Positions 43,301 through 51,015 of a DNA stretch of 53,703 bases are shown here, one piece after another (the stretch's first letter is position 1; each line of letters starts with the position of its first letter). A program made the position numbers and the translations under genes. This DNA comes from a bacterium (lineage in GTDB: Bacteria; UBP6; UBA1177; JAGLDR01), in the NCBI GenBank assembly GCA_023145475.1, contig JAGLDR010000092.1, positions 1 through 53,703 of the forward strand, given 5' to 3'. The notes beneath the pieces are model-generated. The model made no database searches. It saw only the letters and a list, made by a program, of their open reading frames with translations, and was not told the origin of the DNA.

Positions 43301-44078
43301 CAAAGAGCTGAATACGCAATTCTGGCTCTTTTTTGTGAAAGTATGGTTCAACAAGCAGCGTTATGTTTCCTGCGATATCAAAATCAAAAACCTCTCCAAC
43401 TTCTGATAAGTCAAAATATGATTTCAAAATAAAATCGCCACTTTTTTCAACTTTTCCCCGCATTGTCAGACCATCACCAAGACAATCAATCGAAATAAAG
43501 TCATACTTGTTAAATTCTGCAGTGAATTTGGCGCTACAGGCAGCGTTTGCCTTGTTTGATATACCTTTGCCCACCACTTCGATTTTTGGTGCTAGAAGGG
43601 TATATTTCCCCGCTCCTTTCAATGATATGTTGTGGAGCGTAACAGTGTAGTCATCAACCGGATTCATCTCAATGTTATCAAAAAGAATGTTGATGTTATC
43701 TAAAGGAAAATCAGGAAGGGTGAATGGCTCACTCTCCTCGTCTGTTGAGGTAAATAGTCTCTTTTTTAGCGTAAGAGTCGCATGTTCAACAGTCAACGAA
43801 TGGATAATCCACTGTTTTTGAAAAAAGCCTCGACTTTTTCTTCCCGGTGTAATCGAAAGTCGTTCTGCATAGAAATCAAAATAGTCTGGTTTAGAAATCC
43901 GTATCTTATCAAAGGATATGGTTGTTATCGAATCAAATGAGTAGTCTGAAAAATTGATATGAATATCATAGTGAGAAAGCAGAAATTGTTGGGTAAATGG
44001 AGCAAGTGAAACTTTTACAAAAAAGAGCGCTCCCACGACAAAGAGAAAGAGATATGCTATGAATGATATTCTTTTCAC
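40332..44078 (-). CDS. TamB/AsmA-like translocation and assembly module protein
   Basis: 1248 aa with an N-terminal signal-anchor helix (ISFIAYLFLFVVGALFFV) and a very long beta-rich body. The DUF490-like C-terminus (LSVEGYPLEEDGLKISLHSAPQLEENKIFSLLLWG) is present. It lies directly upstream of the Omp85 gene. Confidence 0.75.
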   Translation of the reverse strand: MKRISFIAYLFLFVVGALFFVKVSLAPFTQQFLLSHYDIHINFSDYSFDSITTISFDKIRISKPDYFDFYAERLSITPGRKSRGFFQKQWIIHSLTVEHATLTLKKRLFTSTDEESEPFTLPDFPLDNINILFDNIEMNPVDDYTVTLHNISLKGAGKYTLLAPKIEVVGKGISNKANAACSAKFTAEFNKYDFISIDCLGDGLTMRGKVEKSGDFILKSYFDLSEVGEVFDFDIAGNITLLVEPYFHKKEPELRIQLFVERFHWDLVHLWDTAIAARVNPSGIHLENLTLYHKKHAIFTAEATMLFPLKKAVGTVQLDKFDFRDTMLRFETTGMVDWLSNGLLAFEADLTKFHITVESVGILRADKFFVSFDDKGDILALPGSQFVRANFDVTAEKLRLFNAEVTTAKTRSKIVLKNAWFTFGSTPKFYIPITSQSHIDVSDIGAITGFPMTGQGDISALVSGDMENPDVLGKLDLKQLSFAGFPVDTAQLTITLKNLLLSIMVDKATKGSAVTHHSLTTIEFSDPVKVDFNINNFSGRARDVFSLFGVEAPLSGTGAFAVHGIWQDGLKKLDGSLRVEGVSLYKNKIVDKLNVTLKTEDNRIVLHNSSLQRGHTSFSITGGMNPEDFSVDISGKMTAFSIQDLPITQKLTLIAPRASYHIRGTIPDITVDASIFAGGVSVAEIPFGNFSGNIAYQPTTQHIKFTGNLNNSISLKVEMDNFDMATLDADLHIDQFKLKLGDNSVLFSLDAEGKAGEIRASLFNITALFGPLTVNDNKPIAIHGKMRHLFIDRSSLGTSRDTIFLSGELIDFIPHLLIDGTLSPKTINAMLDGVVANASGSVDIKLTLDDQILNGTLFFNELGFTLKQLELPFRTLSGELSIKKNRWNIKHFKGKVGGGAVSLHGEGGLFPFVASELALKVQSASVNLEATGPITFSSDLMAQFGHGVEKDILTGSIILSKMDYQKDISVGSILMNSLKKTSKLEKGLDKTTTFNPRLSIDISGQNNLSVDTDLIKTHLSANVQLTGTLNRPIVRGNISLLNGIIYFQQQNFELSRGVISLEDGENIKPFIDVSGKTTAVDQGSDQENEYTLTLSVEGYPLEEDGLKISLHSAPQLEENKIFSLLLWGTTGGSEDMGQAGTLAIATVSNMIGITKQIKKNFQLTRFTIAPRYSEVDDKTVLKLIAVKEIYDHLFLELESNPTDMNDQQMGLRYKFEKSDIFLVWKNKTLLNSPYGSIGFQAQLNYLFE

Positions 44079-44097
44079 AGAGAGTCACAAAAAAAAG

Positions 44098-44172
44098 TGG
44101 AGCGGGTGATGAGGTTCGAACTCACGACTTCAAGCTTGGGAAGCTTACACTCTACCACTGAGTTACACCCGC
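44098..44172 (-). tRNA. tRNA-Gly (CCC)
   Basis: Hand-folded: GCGGGTGTAACTCAGTGGTAGAGTG-TAAGC-TTCCCAA-GCTTG-AAGTCGTGAGTTCGAACCTCATCACCCGCTCCA. CCA is encoded and a T-run follows. Confidence 0.9.
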
Positions 44173-44183
44173 TCGCAGGTTGA

Positions 44184-44212
44184 AATATAGGGAGACCAGC
44201 CATTGTTGTCAA
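44184..44212 (-). promoter_or_regulatory. Promoter of tRNA-Gly
   Basis: On the minus strand: TTGACA (44212-44207), a 17-nt spacer, then TATATT (44189-44184). The mature tRNA 5' end follows 11 nt later, a spacing similar to that of the tRNA-fMet promoter. Confidence 0.6.
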
Positions 44213-44230
44213 ATTTTCCTCATCTGTTTA

Positions 44231-45913
44231 TTAACAGGGGTAATCTCTAAAAATACTACCACCAACAAATTCACGCAGAATAGAGTTTGGTGGAATCGCT
44301 TCTTCAGTAAAATCTTCAAAAAACGACAAGAATTTTATCAACCGTTTTGCCTCAATATATGCGTCATCATCTTTTTGAACCGCTTCAAGCAAGGGGAGTG
44401 CATGTTTTTTGAGGACACTCAATTCATATACCAGTCCAGAGTTAAACATTACATCAGCATTCTCTTGGTAGGGAAAGATATAGCGATCTTCTCCGCGGCG
44501 TACAGAGGGCCAGCGACCAATTGTTTCAGAAGCTGAATGAGCTCTGTATTTGTTATCTCGCACAAGACGACGGATCATACGGCAATCCGTTGTCGGAATA
44601 CGATTATGATAGTCAATATTAAGTGCAGAAAGTGCGCTTACATACATTTTAAACACCTTTCGCATCGGTACATCACGATAGAGTTTTGGATTGAGTCCGT
44701 GAATACCTTCAATAATCAAAATAGTATTGTGTTCAAGTTTCAGTTTGTTTCCCCTCTTTTCAGGTTTTCCACTCTTGAAGTTATAGTGAGGGATTTCAAT
44801 CTCTTGTCCGTCGAAGAGTGCGTTAAGATGTTGGTTGAACAAATCTATTCTGATTGCATCAATCGTCTCAAAATCGTGTTCTCCGTTTTTATCAAGTGGT
44901 GTCTCTTCACGATCTTTAAAATAGTTGTCAAGCGAAATAACACGAGGGTACATCCCATTTACTCGCAACTGGACAGCAAGTCTGTTTGCGGAGGTCGTCT
45001 TGCCAGATGATGAAGGTCCCGCAATGGATATAACCTTTAAAACCTCTTTTCTACGAAGAATTTCATCGGCAATTGATGCGAGCTTTTTTTCATGTAGTGC
45101 CTCTGCAATCAACATTATACTTTTTCCGAAACCTTGTTGGATGTTGCGATTCAGCTTGCCACAAGTATCCAACTTCAGAATATCTAACCACGAGTTATTC
45201 TCTCTGATTACATTAAATAATTTGGGGCTATCCTTCAGTGCTGGTACCGTCGTTGGGTTGTGTGAAGAGGGGAGCATCAACATAATTCCACCACGATATG
45301 AAGTGATATGAAAATGTTCTAAATAGTCTGTTGATGGCACAAGATAGCCATAAAAATAGTCTTGCAAATCCCCAAGAGAATAGACCGATGTCATCTTTTG
45401 TCTTCTGAGAGAGAGAAGGAGAACTTTATCATCCATTCCCTGCTTTTTAAAGAGCTCTACTGCCTCTTTTGTTGGCACCTCTTGACGAATAAACGGAAGG
45501 TTGCTTTTTACCATTCTCCGCATCTTCTTTTCAATCTCTTCCACCTCATCAGAGCGAATATCTGTCAACCCCGAAAAATAGCAATAGATACCATTTCCCA
45601 AACTGTATTCAACATGAAGCTCCGCATGAGGAAAGAGGGCTTTTGCCGCATGAATCAGCATAAAAGAGAGACTCCGGAGATAGAAAAGCCGTCCATCTTT
45701 TTGTTCGTATGAGATAAATTTCAGTTGGCTATCATCTTTTTGCAATTCGTGACGCAATTCCATCAACCTATTGTCAAGCACCGCTCCAAGAATACGATTC
45801 TTCCAGTGTGTTTGGTGCTCTTTGGCAACCGTTTCAAGAGTTGTGCCAACAGGATATGAAATCTTTTTCTGCTCTTCACCAACCGAGATGGTGATTTTAA
45901 CAAGTTTGCTCAT
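44231..45913 (-). CDS. Uridine-kinase/PRK-family nucleoside kinase fused to an N-terminal TGS/ThrRS-like region
   Basis: 560 aa. The N-terminal ~230 aa resemble the TGS plus second-additional domain of ThrRS (KITISVGEEQKKISYPVGTTLETVA...). The C-terminal kinase has a P-loop (ISIAGPSSSGKTTSANRL), ISLDNYF and IIEGIHGLNP. Confidence 0.75.
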   Translation of the reverse strand: MSKLVKITISVGEEQKKISYPVGTTLETVAKEHQTHWKNRILGAVLDNRLMELRHELQKDDSQLKFISYEQKDGRLFYLRSLSFMLIHAAKALFPHAELHVEYSLGNGIYCYFSGLTDIRSDEVEEIEKKMRRMVKSNLPFIRQEVPTKEAVELFKKQGMDDKVLLLSLRRQKMTSVYSLGDLQDYFYGYLVPSTDYLEHFHITSYRGGIMLMLPSSHNPTTVPALKDSPKLFNVIRENNSWLDILKLDTCGKLNRNIQQGFGKSIMLIAEALHEKKLASIADEILRRKEVLKVISIAGPSSSGKTTSANRLAVQLRVNGMYPRVISLDNYFKDREETPLDKNGEHDFETIDAIRIDLFNQHLNALFDGQEIEIPHYNFKSGKPEKRGNKLKLEHNTILIIEGIHGLNPKLYRDVPMRKVFKMYVSALSALNIDYHNRIPTTDCRMIRRLVRDNKYRAHSASETIGRWPSVRRGEDRYIFPYQENADVMFNSGLVYELSVLKKHALPLLEAVQKDDDAYIEAKRLIKFLSFFEDFTEEAIPPNSILREFVGGSIFRDYPC

Positions 45914-45922
45914 ATAACACCT

Positions 45923-46945
45923 TTATACATTAAATCTAAAGTTAACAATATCACCATCTTGCATAATATATGTTTTTCCTTCAAGACGATATTTTCCTGC
46001 TTTTCGGCAGGCACTTTCAGATTCGAGAGATGAGAAATCTTCAAATGAAATTATTTCAGCTCGAATAAATCCTCGTTGAATATCGCTGTGTATTTTTCCC
46101 GCAGCATAGAGTGCTTCAATCCCTTTTTTAATAGGCCATGCACGCACTTCATCTTCGCCCGCCGTTAAAAAACTAATCAAACCAAGCGCGCTGTAGGCGG
46201 CTTGTATAAAGCGATTTCGTGCACTTCCTTTAAGACCATAATCGGCAAGAAATGCCTCTCTATCCTCATCGCTTAGTTCATTCATTTCAAGCTCAAGAGT
46301 TGCACTCAACGGAAAGATAGCGTCGCCGTGCAAAGAGAGAGATTCAATCAATGCACTTTCAGGAGTAATTGTATCTTCAGGCTGATTGAGTAAGATAATT
46401 CGCTGTTTCAGTGACAAAAAATTGTACGATGCAATATGGGAAAGTTCATCGTCATTTAAACTCCCTTTGAGCGGAAGTGTTCCCGCCTCTAAAATTGCTT
46501 GCAATTTCTCAAGGACAGGCAATTCTGGCAAATTATTACGCTCTTTTCTGTTCTTCTCAATACGCTTTTCGATAGTAATCAAATCAGTTACAATCAGTTC
46601 ATCAATTAGTTGCGTATATTCTCTGAGTGGGTCTGTAGAGTCTGAAGTCATTACAGAGTCCATATTCCTCAAAATGAGTATAAGCAATTCACTTTTTTGA
46701 ATACCATTCTTAACAGCGGCAGGGATAACGGTATCTTTCCCACTTGGCACAGAAAAATCGCTTAAAACAAACTCCGCAAAGGTCGTTTTTTTCGGGTTAT
46801 AAATCTCCGACAGTCTATCAATTCTGTCGTCAGGCACCTTAATGGTTCCCATCGTCTCCTCTTTCTTTCCCTGTTCGACAGCTGTAAGCACTTGAAAAAC
46901 AGTCGATTTTCCTGAAAAAGGTAATCCAATTAATGCAGCTTTCAT
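45923..46945 (-). CDS. ychF: YchF/OLA1-family ATPase/GTPase
   Basis: The P-loop is LIGLPFSGKSTVF. The C-terminal TGS-like end (GFIRAEIISFEDFSSLESESACRKAGKYRLEGKTYIMQDGDIVNFRFNV) is collinear with YchF. Confidence 0.85.
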   Translation of the reverse strand: MKAALIGLPFSGKSTVFQVLTAVEQGKKEETMGTIKVPDDRIDRLSEIYNPKKTTFAEFVLSDFSVPSGKDTVIPAAVKNGIQKSELLILILRNMDSVMTSDSTDPLREYTQLIDELIVTDLITIEKRIEKNRKERNNLPELPVLEKLQAILEAGTLPLKGSLNDDELSHIASYNFLSLKQRIILLNQPEDTITPESALIESLSLHGDAIFPLSATLELEMNELSDEDREAFLADYGLKGSARNRFIQAAYSALGLISFLTAGEDEVRAWPIKKGIEALYAAGKIHSDIQRGFIRAEIISFEDFSSLESESACRKAGKYRLEGKTYIMQDGDIVNFRFNV

Positions 46946-47079
46946 ATTTCACTCCTCAATAGTAAAAAAACTCGCACAATAGTGTATGAAATTGCGGTAA
47001 AATAGTCAATTTAGCGTTTCATCTTAAAATGCACAAAGAGGCTTGATTATCTTTTCTTCATTCAAAGATATTTTTGCTT

Positions 47080-47107
47080 TTGACAAATTTAAGAAAGGTG
47101 CTACACT
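47080..47107 (+). promoter_or_regulatory. Promoter of the TSP3/vWA lipoprotein gene
   Basis: TTGACA (47080-47085), a 16-nt spacer ending in TGC, then TACACT (47102-47107). Confidence 0.5.
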
Positions 47108-47150
47108 TCAGAGAGGTGAAATCATTTTTCCCACCAGAGAGGATAGTGAG

Positions 47151-49193
47151 ATGAAAAAGAAAATATTTGTAGTGTTAATCGTTAGCATAGTTTTTTTAAT
47201 GAGTTGCTCGTCTGGCGAAGAGACGGCATCACTTACCGATAGTGATGGTGGTACACAGAGCGACAATCACACTCAAAATGATGGTTTAATTATTGGTGAT
47301 GATAGCGATATTGATTCTTCTTCGCACAACGACAATTTGATAATTCCCGATGAAGATATTGGTCTTGATAGCGATGGTGACGGGATTCCCGATGAGATAG
47401 AGCGGCCCAAAGGTATAGCCGTTGATACTGATGGTGATGGCACACCAGACTACCTTGATGATGATTCAGATGGTGATGGAATTCCAGATAGTACAGAGGG
47501 AGTTACCGATACAGACGGCGATGGCACGCCAAACTATCGTGATGAAGATTCCGATCAAGATAATATTCCAGATTCTGTTGAAAAGGGTGATGGTTTGCCA
47601 CCAGTTGACACCGATAAAGATGGTGCCCCAGATTATATTGATGCCGATAGTGATAATGATACAATTCCTGATTTACAAGAGGGTTCAAAAGATTCTGATG
47701 GTGATGGTATTGCAAATTATCTCGACCTAGACAGTGATAATGACACCATTTTAGACAAAGATGAGGCTGGTGCAGGTGATCCTCCACAAGATTCAGATGG
47801 TGATGGGTATCCCGATTTTGTTGATTTAGACTCTGATAATGATGGACTGAAAGATAGTGTTGAAGCAGGTCTTGGCACAGATCCCACAAAAGTAGACACC
47901 GATGGTGACGGTTTTGATGATAATACTGAAAATACAGCTGGTTCAAATCCTCTGGTTAAAGACCCTGAGTTTTATGAAGGCCAGTTTTATGTGATTTTGC
48001 CGTATAATGATCCAGAAAAAGATGATAAACTGAAGTTTTTTACAGAGATTAAAAAGGCAGATGTTCTTATTGAAATGGATCTTTCAAGTTCAATGGGATA
48101 CGCACGAGATAATGTTAAAGCTGATATCAAGAATGTGATAATTAGTGGTATTGCAGCAGCTGTCCCAGATGCAGCATTTGGGATTGCCTCATTTGCAAGT
48201 ATTGAAGGCTCTCCCTATACGATGAATCAGACAATTACAACTGACGCTGCACTTATTCAAACAGCAGTCAACACCCTCAATAACTTGGGTGGTGGAGATA
48301 TCGAATCGCAATATGAGGCGATGTATCAGGCTGTGACAGGTGCCGGGTTTGATGGAGATTTGCTCAGAGCTACATTTGATTATGGTGAATGGCTTGCGGA
48401 TGAGATGTTTTATAGAATTTACAGTGAGGTAAGAATTGCCCCACAGGATTGTTCAGCTCATGAGGGCGCTATTGGCGGAGCCTGTTTCAGAGATGCGGCA
48501 CTTCCGATTGTTATTATGATAACAGATGAGCAGCTGTATGATATTAACAAGGATTGGGTTAGTGATACCTCTGGTGGCGTGACAAAATTGCGTTATAAGT
48601 GGAGAGACGCGAAACCAGATGAGGGACACTATGAAGCTGAAACTATAGCAGCGTTTAATGACATCAATGCAAAGTTTATTGGTGTTCTTGGCGAAGGAAT
48701 AGGTGATCTCGTTTTTGATATCAGAGAGAGATATGAAAGTCTTGCCGATGGCACAAAATCAACAAGTGTAACGGGTGACTATTTTATTTTTGAGATTGAT
48801 ATGGCAGGAAGAGGTCTTTCAAATCAGATTGTTGATGCTGTGCAAGATTTATTACTTAATATCAGACTCGATATTACCACAGAGCAGGAATCTATTGCGA
48901 ACTCGCACGGTGTTGTCGATACAACAGCGTTTATCAAAACAATTATTCCTGATTCATCTATTCCACCAAACAGCTATTCGAGCAAAGATACCACTATGTT
49001 TTATGAGGTGAAGCCAGGTATTCACATCTTGTTTGATGTTACTTTTGAAAATACTATTTATGAAAATAAAGATACAGAAGACCACCTCTTCCTCGCAAAA
49101 ATCCATGTCTATGGTGAGGGCGCATACCTTGATACAAGAAATGTTTATATTATTGTGCCGGGTGTTAAAGATGATGGTGGACTCGACCACTGA
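47151..49193 (+). CDS. Lipoprotein with thrombospondin type-3 (Ca-binding) repeats and a von Willebrand factor A domain
   Basis: Start trimmed to MKKKIFVVLIVSIVFLMSCSS (lipobox). About 12 DxDxDGxxDxxD units are present (DSDGDGIPDE, DTDGDGTPDYLDDDSDGDGIPD, DTDKDGAPDYIDADSDNDTIPD...). The vWA MIDAS residues are also present (VLIEMDLSSSMGY and IVIMITDEQ). Confidence 0.8.
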   Translation: MKKKIFVVLIVSIVFLMSCSSGEETASLTDSDGGTQSDNHTQNDGLIIGDDSDIDSSSHNDNLIIPDEDIGLDSDGDGIPDEIERPKGIAVDTDGDGTPDYLDDDSDGDGIPDSTEGVTDTDGDGTPNYRDEDSDQDNIPDSVEKGDGLPPVDTDKDGAPDYIDADSDNDTIPDLQEGSKDSDGDGIANYLDLDSDNDTILDKDEAGAGDPPQDSDGDGYPDFVDLDSDNDGLKDSVEAGLGTDPTKVDTDGDGFDDNTENTAGSNPLVKDPEFYEGQFYVILPYNDPEKDDKLKFFTEIKKADVLIEMDLSSSMGYARDNVKADIKNVIISGIAAAVPDAAFGIASFASIEGSPYTMNQTITTDAALIQTAVNTLNNLGGGDIESQYEAMYQAVTGAGFDGDLLRATFDYGEWLADEMFYRIYSEVRIAPQDCSAHEGAIGGACFRDAALPIVIMITDEQLYDINKDWVSDTSGGVTKLRYKWRDAKPDEGHYEAETIAAFNDINAKFIGVLGEGIGDLVFDIRERYESLADGTKSTSVTGDYFIFEIDMAGRGLSNQIVDAVQDLLLNIRLDITTEQESIANSHGVVDTTAFIKTIIPDSSIPPNSYSSKDTTMFYEVKPGIHILFDVTFENTIYENKDTEDHLFLAKIHVYGEGAYLDTRNVYIIVPGVKDDGGLDH

Positions 49194-49305
49194 TTTTGGC
49201 GTATCTCTTCGTTGTTTAACTCATTCGTTTCGCTCGAAATACGCAAGTATTCCTTCACTTACTCAGATCCAAACGCCTTAATCTACATCCAAAATCAGTG
49301 GTCGA
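49183..49305. repeat. 123-bp unit bounded by perfect 17-bp inverted repeats, overlapping the 3' end of the vWA gene
   Basis: TCGACCACTGATTTTGG (49183-49199) is the exact reverse complement of CCAAAATCAGTGGTCGA (49289-49305). The left arm contains the TGA stop at 49191-49193. A 20-nt direct repeat with 17/20 identity, (G/C)ATTTTGGCGTAT.T.TTCG, occurs at 49192-49211 and 49319-49338. Confidence 0.85.
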
Positions 49306-49439
49306 ACATCGCTGTTGTCATTTTGGCGTATATTTTCGAGCGGGAGGGGTCAAACCGTCACATTTTTTAAAAATGAACTGCTTCCCTTGATGATGGAAGC
49401 TGGCGCGGAGCGACTGAAGGGTGCTCAATTATTTTGAAG

Positions 49440-50960
49440 CTAATTTATCAACGACTTTCCCGTCATTTCTTTTGGTTTCTTAATCTCCATCAGAGAAAGA
49501 ATTGTCGGAGCAATATCGGCAAGAACACCGTTGCGTAAAGAGATGTTCTCAGGCGGATTAACCATCCAGAAAGGGACAGGACTCAGTGTATGAGCTGTAT
49601 GTGGTTTGCCTGTCTTTTCGTCAACCATAATATCGGCATTGCCATGATCGGCAGTAATAAGCATCGTCCATTTGTTCTCAATGGCAAAAGGTACAATGCG
49701 AGAAAGGGCGCTATCCACAGCTTCAACAGCAGTGACTGCGGCACCGAATATTCCCGTATGTCCGACCATATCGCTGTTGGCAAAATTGAGTACAATAAAA
49801 TCAAAGTTATTCATTGTTTCAAGGAGTCTGTCTGTTACTTCTGCTGCACTCATTTCTGGTTGCATATCGTATGTCTTTACCTTTGGTGAAGCGATAAGAA
49901 TACGCTCTTCGCCAGGAAAGAGGGTCTCTTTTCCCCCATTGAAAAAGAAGGTAACATGGGCATATTTTTCTGTTTCAGCAATGCGAAGTTGTTTGAGATT
50001 GAGATTTGAAATTTCTTCGCCTAATATGTGGCTTAACTTTTCAGGTGGAAACATAATAGGCAGTCCAAAATCTTCTCTATATTGTGTCATTGTTGCATAG
50101 ATTGCCAAATGTGGTCTCTTTTCTCGTTTGAAAGAGTCAAAATCATCAAAAGTGAATGCCATTGTCAATTCACGCGCCCGATCTGAGCGAAAGTTAAAAA
50201 AGAGAATGGCGTCGCCATCTTCAATCAGTGCAACAGGGTTCTCATTTTCATCTGTAATAGTTGTAGGTTCAACAAATTCATCTGTTTCACCTCTGTCGTA
50301 TGAGTGTTGAATTGCATCGCAAGCGTCTCGTTCTTTAAGAGCAATGCCTTGAGTAAGCGCACTGTACGCCTTTTCCACTCTATCCCAGCGATTGTCTCGA
50401 TCCATTGCCCAAAATCGTCCACATACTGAGCCGATTTTTCCTAATTCTTCTTTTTCCATATCTTTTTGTAAATTAGAAATATATCCTAGCGCACTTGAGG
50501 GAGGAGTATCTCGCCCATCAAGAAATGCGTGAAGAAACGCCGGAATGCCAGCCATTTTTGCCCAACGAAGCAGTGCATACAAGTGGTCCATTGAACTGTG
50601 GACACCACCAGGCGAAACAAGTCCGAGAAGATGGAGTTTTCCGCCGCTTTTTGATAGTTTTTCAGCGAGTTCCGTTAAAACAGGATTGGTATCAAAAGAG
50701 CCTTCTTCAATCGTCTTATTTATACGAGTCAAATCTTGATAGACAATGCGGCCAGCACCAATATTTGTGTGTCCAACTTCGCTGTTCCCCATCTGTCCTT
50801 TAGGGAGTCCAACGGCAAGTCCTGATGCCTCAAGTGTGGCAAATGGCCACTGAGAAAGCGCATTGATAGTGGGTGTCTTTGCCTGTGCAATGGCATTGCT
50901 TTTTGTTTCAGTACGAAATCCAAATCCATCAAGGATGGTTAAAATCACTTTACGAGTCAT
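49440..50960 (-). CDS. gpmI: 2,3-bisphosphoglycerate-independent phosphoglycerate mutase
   Basis: 506 aa. ILDGFG, QMGNSEVGHTNIGAGR, FLDGRDTPP and ITADHGNAD are diagnostic of iPGM. Confidence 0.95.
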   Translation of the reverse strand: MTRKVILTILDGFGFRTETKSNAIAQAKTPTINALSQWPFATLEASGLAVGLPKGQMGNSEVGHTNIGAGRIVYQDLTRINKTIEEGSFDTNPVLTELAEKLSKSGGKLHLLGLVSPGGVHSSMDHLYALLRWAKMAGIPAFLHAFLDGRDTPPSSALGYISNLQKDMEKEELGKIGSVCGRFWAMDRDNRWDRVEKAYSALTQGIALKERDACDAIQHSYDRGETDEFVEPTTITDENENPVALIEDGDAILFFNFRSDRARELTMAFTFDDFDSFKREKRPHLAIYATMTQYREDFGLPIMFPPEKLSHILGEEISNLNLKQLRIAETEKYAHVTFFFNGGKETLFPGEERILIASPKVKTYDMQPEMSAAEVTDRLLETMNNFDFIVLNFANSDMVGHTGIFGAAVTAVEAVDSALSRIVPFAIENKWTMLITADHGNADIMVDEKTGKPHTAHTLSPVPFWMVNPPENISLRNGVLADIAPTILSLMEIKKPKEMTGKSLIN

Positions 50961-51015
50961 GCGTGCCTCCTATTATGGTGCAAAACGAGTCTCCTTATTC
51001 TAATAAGCCAAAAAA

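Noticed and set aside
49349-49357. A third copy of the REP-like element, based on GTCAAACCG within GGGAGGGGTCAAACCGTCAC.
   Set aside because: Only the 9-mer and a few flanking bases match, and the partner stem is absent. The complementary 9-mer also occurs by chance inside a CDS at 5060-5068, so the word alone is not significant.
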